Source: Candidatus Sigynarchaeum calidifontis
GTDB lineage: Archaea > Asgardarchaeota > Lokiarchaeia > Sigyniarchaeales > Sigyniarchaeaceae
Length of the DNA: 16,522 nt
Assembly: GCA_030587475.2 (NCBI GenBank)
Contig: JAUQYZ020000109.1
Span: 1 to 16,522 of the forward strand
Direction of reading: 5' to 3'
Made by a program: the position numbers and the translations under genes. Positions within the stretch are counted from its first letter, which is position 1. Each line of letters starts with the position of its first letter. This document shows, one piece after another, positions 1 to 6,314 of this stretch. The notes under the pieces are model-generated. The model saw only the letters and a list, made by a program, of their open reading frames with translations, made no database searches and was not told where the DNA came from.

Positions 1-143
1 AGGGAAGGCCAAGCGGGTGCCGCCCGAGCTTGATAAAGGCGCGTTGCGAGCATGAACTTGCGAAGGAAAAGAGAGAACATGCCGCGTGGATCACGATGCC
101 GTGAAAGAAATCAGCGATCACGACGAGATCCTCGAGATAATGA

Positions 144-389
144 AGGAGAACGTCCGAGTATCTCTATATTTACGACAACAAAATCACGAAAATCGAAGGC
201 CCTGGGCAACTGGGCAAGCTCCGTGAACTCATCATGTGGCCAAACGAGATATCTCGCGCCACCCTGGAGGCGCTCGGTGGCTGGGAAACGCGGGATGGTG
301 GATTCGTGTCTGATGCGCGTGCCGTCGTGAGATGCTGCTGGCAGCAAAGCACGGATCGCGATATTGCTGGTCAGAATCGAGATAGTTGA
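144..389 (+). pseudogene. Decayed leucine-rich-repeat (LRR) protein C-terminal fragment
   Basis: Not in the ORF track. Frame +3 from 156 reads EYLYIYDNKITKIEGPGQLGKLRELIMWPNEISRATLEALGGWETRDGGFVSDARAVVRCCWQQ..., stop TGA 387-389. This fits an SDS22-like LRR (LxxLxLxxNxIxxIxxL) plus a capping segment. In-frame TAA TGA at 138-143 and no start codon before the repeat. Confidence 0.55.
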
Positions 390-532
390 ACCGGTAACCA
401 TAGACCGTAATTTCTTGTGTTGATTTCCTCGTGATCGATATTAATCCGTACTGAAAGGAGATCATCGAAAGGGGCCCCAAAATAGCACCGGACAACTGAG
501 AATCCCTACGGGCGAGAATAAAGCTCGCTATT

Positions 533-1027
533 CTAATCTATAACAAGGATATCGTCGTTTTCGGCTTCCTCTTTCGGCGGATTCTCGGCGAAGTACTTGG
601 CCGCCTCGAGGCAGGTCTTGTAATTGAGGGGATCCTCGGGGTTCGGATGCGTTATCAACATCTCCAGCGCCTTGACCGTCGTGCTCAGGTCCGAAAGTTG
701 CGACCATTTCTTGAGCACGTTGAGGCAAATGTAACCGGTCTCGTATGGATCGATGTTCGGGTGGAAGATGGGGGAAAGCCAGAGAAATTTAATGCCGCCA
801 GGGTAGGGAAACTGCCGGTTGATCTCGATCTGGATGCGGTGGTTTATTTGCGGGACGAGCTGCCCGTTGGCATCCTTCACGAGCCCTTTTGCGCGCACGT
901 TGATGACGAATCGCACGATCTCCTCCGTCGTGGTTATGGACTGCTCCTCGAGGATGCGCATCTTGCGCAGCATGTCCAACTCGTTCTTGACCCTTTCCGT
1001 CCAAATGACTAGAGGCAAGCTGGGCAT
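533..1027 (-). CDS. Ubiquitin-conjugating enzyme E2 (UBC fold), eukaryote-like
   Basis: FPY..I.F.SPIFHPNIDPYETGYICLNVLKKWS...V.ALEMLITHPNPEDPLN: intact HPN motif, catalytic Cys (codon 725-727), downstream Trp and PxxxDPLN. ATG at 1027 preferred over GTG at 1057. Confidence 0.93.
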   Translation of the reverse strand: MPSLPLVIWTERVKNELDMLRKMRILEEQSITTTEEIVRFVINVRAKGLVKDANGQLVPQINHRIQIEINRQFPYPGGIKFLWLSPIFHPNIDPYETGYICLNVLKKWSQLSDLSTTVKALEMLITHPNPEDPLNYKTCLEAAKYFAENPPKEEAENDDILVID

Positions 1028-1053
1028 TGTTTTTCCCTTTTCAGTTCTATCGA

Positions 1054-1106
1054 CCACGGATTTGGAGATTGATCACGTCTGGCAAATCCACTCCACGGAT
1101 TTGGAG
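1054..1106. repeat. 14-bp perfect direct repeat CCACGGATTTGGAG x2 upstream of the E2 gene
   Basis: Copies at 1054-1067 and 1093-1106 (39-bp period). The second copy lies inside the inverted repeat ACTCCA-N6-TGGAGT (1090-1107). Confidence 0.8.
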
Positions 1107-1599
1107 TCGCTTTCTTTGAAAAAATAATGACGGGAAGTTAATTAAGACTATCTCGGCAAGCCATAGGGAGGCTGGAAAATATAGAGGGGATCGGAGCGGT
1201 TCAAGTCCCCCTCGTGCCGCGTGTCGTGCCGCAACGCGTGGAAAGGTGCGGCCATGGCCGGGAAACCAGCCAGGACTCCGGCATTCTCATCCGTGCACTG
1301 CACGTTGATGAAATGACGGGTGATGGCCGTTTTTCTATCGAGTTTATTCAACAATACTTTTATAAGGTAGAGAATGCGAGCTATTTTCGTTGTTTTCCTT
1401 TGTATCACGGACTTCATCGGTTTTGGTGAAGAGATTTCAGGAAAAAGTAATGGATGGACTGCATTCTGTGATCCGGCGGTTCTTCAGTGAAACTTCGGTC
1501 CGATTTCCTGTTTTATTATTGAAGTACGTTCGATTCATCGATTCTTGACCTAGACACATGCCAGGTATAAAGAGGCCACTCGTCGAAGCGAATTGAAAC

Positions 1600-1692
1600 G
1601 ATAAATCGAGACGAGAGAGCATCAGAGAGAAGGAAAGCGAACGTGCCGTGAAGGGTAACGAGAACGAGAGAAAAACGAAAAAGAGAAGGATA
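1600..1692 (-). terminator. Pyrimidine/T-rich tract downstream of the gelsolin-like gene, possible archaeal terminator region
   Basis: The plus strand is strongly purine-rich here (GAGAACGAGAGAAAAACGAAAAAGAGAAGG), so the minus strand carries oligo-T/C runs just after the stop at 1698. Confidence 0.4.
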
Positions 1693-1697
1693 ATGCC

Positions 1698-2423
1698 TTA
1701 TTCCTGGGCGATCTTGATGATTTCCGCCACGAACCCGATGAGGAACGGCGCAAATGCAACCAATTCCATGAGCGTGATCAAGACCTGAAAGACCCCGAAC
1801 GCGTCGGCACTCCACGTGAGCGAAGGGGGGCTGATGCCCGGCCGTCCATAGCTGATGTACGTTGCCGCCGCGATGCCCATCCCGAGCCCGATGACGAGCG
1901 CCACGAGCATGTACATCCGCTTCGAGAGTGCCGAGAAGAGCGACGCGACGCCGAACGCGATCATGCCGAAGAGCGTGAACCACGTTAGCTCTTCTAGCCA
2001 TGGGTTGTTAATCGTGACTGTAGCTGGGGGGCCAGGATTCTGCACGTATCGACCCGAGTCAAACAAGGTGAGCAGCACGACGATCCCGAATCCCACGCCC
2101 ACCAGCCCCGCGACCATGCCCGCGATGGCGAAGATGCGGGTCTTGCCCTGGCCGAGTGGGCTGCCGAGGAGGCGCTTGATCTCGGCTTGAAGGGCTGGTT
2201 CGGGAGTGCGGCCGACTTTTTGAAATTGAAAGGACGAGTACCTGTCCCGCAAGGAAAGAAGTAATTTCTTCGCTTCGTTCTGGTCCTTGATTTTTGACTT
2301 TGGACCGTGCCAGATATAAATAGTGCGGCCTTCTGTGTCGACAAGTAGCGCGACATCACGCACAGAAAGGCGTGGGGTCTCGACCCACTTCCCAGCTTTA
2401 AAAGCATACGCAAACACGCGCAT
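1698..2423 (-). CDS. Membrane protein with N-terminal gelsolin-like domain and four predicted TM helices
   Basis: LSVRDVALLVDTEGRTIYIWHGPKSKIKDQNEAKKLLLSL resembles the gelsolin repeat consensus LxSxDxFILDxxxxIYxWxGxxSxxxExxxA. Four hydrophobic segments follow (IFAIAGMVAGLVGVGFGIVVLLTLF; LTWFTLFGMIAFGVASLFSAL; MYMLVALVIGLGMGIAAATYI; AFGVFQVLITLMELVAFAPFLIGFVAEII). Confidence 0.75.
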   Translation of the reverse strand: MRVFAYAFKAGKWVETPRLSVRDVALLVDTEGRTIYIWHGPKSKIKDQNEAKKLLLSLRDRYSSFQFQKVGRTPEPALQAEIKRLLGSPLGQGKTRIFAIAGMVAGLVGVGFGIVVLLTLFDSGRYVQNPGPPATVTINNPWLEELTWFTLFGMIAFGVASLFSALSKRMYMLVALVIGLGMGIAAATYISYGRPGISPPSLTWSADAFGVFQVLITLMELVAFAPFLIGFVAEIIKIAQE

Positions 2424-2523
2424 TTTTGTCCATACCTCGTTTAGTTTTGAATGATCGTGGTTATTTTTCTTGATCTTCAGGAGAAGACTTCCATTTTAAA
2501 TGTTTGAATGATTGTCTCCTGGT

Positions 2524-2835
2524 TCAGTTCCTATGCATAGGTATTGCTGAATGGCTTTTTATAACTTTACTCTCGATATACCAGAATGAAAGGTTTTTCT
2601 CTATCAACCAATATAAAAGACTAGTTTGGATGATATGGAAATATTGCTTAGAATTCAAATGTATTAGCCTTGTTTTCGACAACCCGGCCTCCCTCATGAT
2701 CCAAGCTGAGCGTTCTAGTAATCTTGCCAACACGCACGATCTTACGAAGTATTTCATCAATTCTCTTTGGTTCTTCAAGTCGATATATTCCCATTCATGT
2801 ATATCGATGGACACTTGTAAATATTTCATGGCCAT
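2524..2835 (-). CDS. Hypothetical protein (AT-rich, ~103 aa)
   Basis: Open frame MAMKYLQVSIDIHEWEYIDLKNQRELMKYFVRSC... in an AT-rich stretch, co-oriented with the downstream gelsolin-like gene. No family recognised. Start uncertain (2835/2829; the frame is open further upstream). Confidence 0.4.
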   Translation of the reverse strand: MAMKYLQVSIDIHEWEYIDLKNQRELMKYFVRSCVLARLLERSAWIMREAGLSKTRLIHLNSKQYFHIIQTSLLYWLIEKNLSFWYIESKVIKSHSAIPMHRN

Positions 2836-3183
2836 CACCACTTTCACTAGGCAAAGTACTCGGGATCTCGCTGATGTACGCATGAACACCGCGTATAACC
2901 CGATCCAAGTGCCGATGGGAACGATGAAGGCCTCCATTTGCCAAATCCCGCTGAACGCGCGAATTTTCTGCACCATGCATGCCGTCGCGGTCATTTCCCA
3001 TGACAAGACCAGCAAATGTATCGGGATGATGATCGCATGAACCAGACCGGCGCGTTTTTGCGCTCTAGCGAGATCGAAATGATAAGGAAGCGATCGGGCG
3101 AGTCATGACCCGACTCGTGGTGTTGCTTTCGAGGGGTGGGGGTTTTATTCCCGCGTGCGAAACTAATGTCGAGGGGAAATCCC

Positions 3184-4044
3184 ATGCGAATCGACCTCTC
3201 GACCATCAAGGACGACCTCGGCGGCAACTGGTGGCTGCATCACCGCGCCAAGGACTTCGGCTTTCTCGACAAGATCAAGGACCAGGCGAGCCACGAGGTC
3301 GACGTGGATGACGTGCTCATCCACAAGCAGATCCTCGAGGGCGAGCGCTTCCCGGCCATCCGGTATCACGTGGTGACCGCCAGCGGGGGCACGGTCCCGG
3401 CCACGAACCAGCAAGCCAAGGATGTCATGGCGAGGAGCCTCGTCGCCTTCGTGAAGGCCACCGGCAAGCTCCCGTTCGCGTGCACGCTCGCCAAGACGTT
3501 CAAGAGCGGCGCCGTGCAAGTCGACTACGCGCCGACCACGTGGGACAAGTTCGCGATCAAGGTCGAGCCCGCCGCGCACGGCATCGACGATGCACAGGCC
3601 TTTTTCCAGCACGAGAGCGTGCCGTCCAACCCGGCCATCCCCGGCTCGGCGGCCCGCGCCCCGCGCAAGCCACAGGCGGCGCCGGGATCTCGGACCTCGA
3701 AGGTCACGACCGAGCCGGTGATCCAGGCCATCGCCGCCGCCACGGGCGGCCCCGTGTCGGTCTTCGACGCCGAGGTCACGGCCATCGAGCAGCGCGAGTC
3801 GCGCTTCCAGGACGAGGTCACGGTTTTCTACCTCGTCGGCCTCAAGGGCGGCACGGCCGCGGCCGACGCCAAGAAATCGACCGAGCGCCAGCCGTTCGGC
3901 GAGATCCGCGCCCGGCTCAGCGACGCGATCGTGGAGGAGACCAAGCTCGCCCCCGGCGACCGCATCACGTTCAACGCCCGCCTCAAGGACGACAAGTACT
4001 TCGGGCTCCTGCTCCAGAACGTGAAAAAAGTGACGAAGGCTTGA
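3184..4044 (+). CDS. Hypothetical two-domain protein; Pro/Ala linker and probable C-terminal OB fold
   Basis: Long ORF with strong GC bias at third codon positions and GAGGGG 8 nt before ATG 3184. The C-terminus (VFDAEVTAIE...VFYLVGL...EIRARL...KLAPGDRITFNARLKDDKYFGLLLQNVKKV) has an OB-fold-like strand pattern including 'LxPGDxIxF'. Confidence 0.8.
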   Translation: MRIDLSTIKDDLGGNWWLHHRAKDFGFLDKIKDQASHEVDVDDVLIHKQILEGERFPAIRYHVVTASGGTVPATNQQAKDVMARSLVAFVKATGKLPFACTLAKTFKSGAVQVDYAPTTWDKFAIKVEPAAHGIDDAQAFFQHESVPSNPAIPGSAARAPRKPQAAPGSRTSKVTTEPVIQAIAAATGGPVSVFDAEVTAIEQRESRFQDEVTVFYLVGLKGGTAAADAKKSTERQPFGEIRARLSDAIVEETKLAPGDRITFNARLKDDKYFGLLLQNVKKVTKA

Positions 4045-4081
4045 TCGAGAAGATTTCCCGCAAGCCAGCTGGCAAATAAAT

Positions 4082-4171
4082 CGAGCAATCGATGCCTATC
4101 AGGAAGCGATGAGTATCACCCCCGAAGAGAAGGACGCTACACCCCATCTGGAAAAAATGACGTGTCGCTGA
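4082..4171 (+). pseudogene. Possible TPR-repeat gene remnant
   Basis: Reads RAIDAYQEAMSITPEEKDATPHLEKMTCR*, resembling TPR helix B plus turn (AIxxYxxALxIxPxxxxA). No start codon or upstream helix in frame. Confidence 0.35.
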
Positions 4172-4374
4172 AATCCCTGGAAACGCGGGGGATACATAGA
4201 GACCTACCTTGTATCATCCTTCCATGATGCCATCCCTGTGATGCGCCGGAGAAATTTTTAACAGCCGGAGCCTACATGTTTCGCGCGCTTGTTATGTTCA
4301 CGCAGCACGGCAGCTCATGCGATTGCAGATCAAAGATTTTCGTAAAATTTTTTTTGGGCGAGGAGATGTTACTG

Positions 4375-5742
4375 ATGTGGAAGGGAAAAGAGAAATTGGC
4401 GTGCATTATCTTGGTGGCATGTACTTTTTTAGCATTCGTGCCGATTATGCAAGGAAAATGCGCACCAAAAATGCCAGAGATGGCATCAAGCATAATTAAC
4501 ATCCATGCATCGATGGACGAATTGCCTTACAAGATCGCATGGAACCGCACGTTCGACGGGGTAGGTTCTGATTATGGTTCTTGCGTGGCGGTGGCTTCCC
4601 ATGGAATTTATTTGGCCGGCAAGACCAGCGACCCAGGCGATGGCGATTTAAACGCGTTCGTCGCCAAGTATGCTTTTGACGGCACGCAAGGATGGAACCG
4701 CACGTGGGGTGGAGCGAATGATGAAGACGTATCTGGTTTAGCGACAGCAACTGATGGCGTCTATATGGTGGGAGACACCAAGGATTTTGGTGCAGGCGGC
4801 CGTGATGCCTTTATTATTAAATACGGCACCGACGGCATAATTCGGTGGAATCACACGTGGGGTGGAATCAACGACGACCACGCGCGTGGCGTAGCTGTAG
4901 CGGCGGACGGCGTTTATCTGGTTGGCTATACATACAGCTTCGGGGTAGGTCTAATGGACGCGTTCATCGTCAAGTACAACGCCGCGGGTATTCAGCAATG
5001 GAACCATACGTGGGGCGGTGCGAACGTGGACGCTGGAAATGGGGTAGCCGTTGGGATAGATGGAGTTTACATGGCCGGCGAGACTGCGAGTTCGGGTGCA
5101 GGCAGCTATGACGCCTTCATCGCCAAGTACAGTGCCACGGGCTCGCAGCTCTGGAACCGTACGTGGGGTGGGATCGATTCGGATTATGGCAATGACATCG
5201 CGTCGTGTAATAACGAGATCTACCTTGCCGGTCGTACTCACAGTTTCGGGGCTGGGAATTACAACGCCTTCATCGCCAAGTACAACGCCACGGGCTCGCA
5301 GCTCTGGAACCGTACGTGGGGCGGATCCGATTATGATGATGGATCTTCCGTGGCTGCAATCCCGGGTGGCGTTTACCTGGCCGGCTTCACTTACAGCTAT
5401 GGGGCTGGCGCTTGCGATGCTTTCTTTACCAAGTACAACGCCGCGGGTTCACAGCTCTGGAATCGCACGTGGGGCGATGAATTTGACGATTTCGGTCTCG
5501 ACGTGGCTGCAGTTACCGATGTAGTGTATCTTGCAGGTGAAAAGCAAGTATCAGGGGGCTCCATCTATGAAGCATTCCTCGTGAAGTGGGTATCACAAGC
5601 CACTGATGGTGACATACCACCTGGTAACACGAGCGTCCCCGGAGCACCGGCATGGCTCGTATTAACCGTCGTGCTGGTAGTTTTGCCTGTCCTGGTGCGC
5701 CGGGTAGTAGATCGAAGGCCGCGTGCTGAGGTAACGGGATAA
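4375..5742 (+). CDS. Secreted, C-terminally anchored 7-repeat beta-propeller protein (SBBP-like)
   Basis: Basic plus hydrophobic signal peptide (MWKGKEKLACIILVACTFLAFVP). Seven ~51-aa repeats WN(R/H)T(W/F)xGxxxDxxxxVAxxxDGVYLAGxTxSxGAGxxDAFIxKY. C-terminal VPG-TM-RR tail. Start could be 4366 or 4375. Confidence 0.9.
   Translation: MWKGKEKLACIILVACTFLAFVPIMQGKCAPKMPEMASSIINIHASMDELPYKIAWNRTFDGVGSDYGSCVAVASHGIYLAGKTSDPGDGDLNAFVAKYAFDGTQGWNRTWGGANDEDVSGLATATDGVYMVGDTKDFGAGGRDAFIIKYGTDGIIRWNHTWGGINDDHARGVAVAADGVYLVGYTYSFGVGLMDAFIVKYNAAGIQQWNHTWGGANVDAGNGVAVGIDGVYMAGETASSGAGSYDAFIAKYSATGSQLWNRTWGGIDSDYGNDIASCNNEIYLAGRTHSFGAGNYNAFIAKYNATGSQLWNRTWGGSDYDDGSSVAAIPGGVYLAGFTYSYGAGACDAFFTKYNAAGSQLWNRTWGDEFDDFGLDVAAVTDVVYLAGEKQVSGGSIYEAFLVKWVSQATDGDIPPGNTSVPGAPAWLVLTVVLVVLPVLVRRVVDRRPRAEVTG
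5111..5321 (+). repeat. Near-identical intragenic DNA repeat (58 nt, 153-nt period)
   Basis: 5111-5168 and 5264-5321 (ACGCCTTCATCGCCAAGTACAxxGCCACGGGCTCGCAGCTCTGGAACCGTACGTGGGG) differ only at AGT/AAC. Confidence 0.9.
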
Positions 5743-5768
5743 TATATTAACGTAAGCGTTTCACGCTG

Positions 5769-5783
5769 TTGTTTTTTTTATTT
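5769..5783 (+). terminator. Oligo-T archaeal terminator after the beta-propeller gene
   Basis: TTGTTTTTTTTATTT about 30 nt after the stop codon. Confidence 0.55.
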
Positions 5784-6060
5784 GCTCTAAATCCAATCTC
5801 AGTCTCGTTTTACGCGGATTACATGTAGAGGGAAGGTGAGTCAAAGGATTGGTTCCATGGGATAGAGTTCTCGTGAAGAATACACGCTTGTTAATCACTC
5901 GGATCGCACGGTTCCGGCAGCTGTCTCCCGGCCGATCTGGTTCTCTCATCACTCGAGGACATTTCGATACGGCTCCGGAGAAGTTTTTAACAACCGGGAC
6001 ATAGATGTCAAGCGCGCTCGCACGCGCTGCGGAGCGCCGTCGCGGAGATGGCTCGTGCTC

Positions 6061-6306
6061 ATGAAGATACGCCTTGTCTTGTCCACCAAAAGCCCGAAAC
6101 AAGGGAAACCAATAGAGCTCAAGCTCAACGTGCCACCTTCCAAGCAGATCGGCTTCATCAACTTCGTCAATGCAGCAATGCAAAGCGATTCAACTATAAA
6201 CATCTCGTTCGAGAAAATCTCGAAGAAGATCAAGGAGAAATCGAAGATCCAGGGGGAATTCAAGTTTTTCCAAGGTGAACCGGCGAAATCTACCGAGAAG
6301 AAGTGA
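6061..6306 (+). CDS. Small basic hypothetical protein (~81 aa)
   Basis: MKIRLVLSTKSPKQGKPIELKLNVPPSKQIGFINFVNAAM...; alternating beta-strand patterns plus a helix, Lys-rich, protein-like codon usage. TTTTTAA at ~5984-5990 upstream. Converges on the CDP-alcohol phosphatidyltransferase gene with an 8-nt gap. Confidence 0.75.
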   Translation: MKIRLVLSTKSPKQGKPIELKLNVPPSKQIGFINFVNAAMQSDSTINISFEKISKKIKEKSKIQGEFKFFQGEPAKSTEKK

Positions 6307-6314
6307 ACGAACGC

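Noticed and set aside
52-495. Track ORFs 52..330, 111..401, 170..352 and 232..495
   Set aside because: Non-protein-like composition; better explained as shadows of the frame +3 LRR remnant.
1054-1106. Direct repeat as a mini-CRISPR
   Set aside because: Only two 14-bp copies, too short for CRISPR repeats, and no cas genes in the window.
1047-1130. Minus-strand peptide ...LQIRGVDLPDVINLQIRGR*, reminiscent of a ubiquitin C-terminus, upstream of the E2
   Set aside because: No start codon in that frame, no Gly-Gly end and no beta-grasp pattern; it is a by-product of the 14-bp direct repeat.
1191-1213. GGTTCAAGTCCC resembling a tRNA T-loop
   Set aside because: The T-stem does not pair properly, and no acceptor, D or anticodon arms can be built around it.
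1148-1429. ORFs 1148..1417 (-) and 1214..1429 (+)
   Set aside because: Short, mutually overlapping, spanning a compositional boundary, with no recognisable motif.
2504-3040. ORF 2504..3040 (+), and the hydrophobic N-terminal extension of the minus ORF to 3015
   Set aside because: TTG starts, mutual antisense overlap and no family signal. The extension could be a membrane-gene remnant but cannot be supported.
3480-4079. Long Arg-rich alternative-frame ORFs here and within prpE, ACAD, the hydrolases and the sialidase
   Set aside because: Typical shadow ORFs caused by high GC3 in the real genes.
4537-5475. 153-nt repeats as a DGR template/variable repeat pair or a CRISPR array
   Set aside because: They are in-frame coding repeats of propeller blades, and there is no reverse transcriptase or spacer structure.
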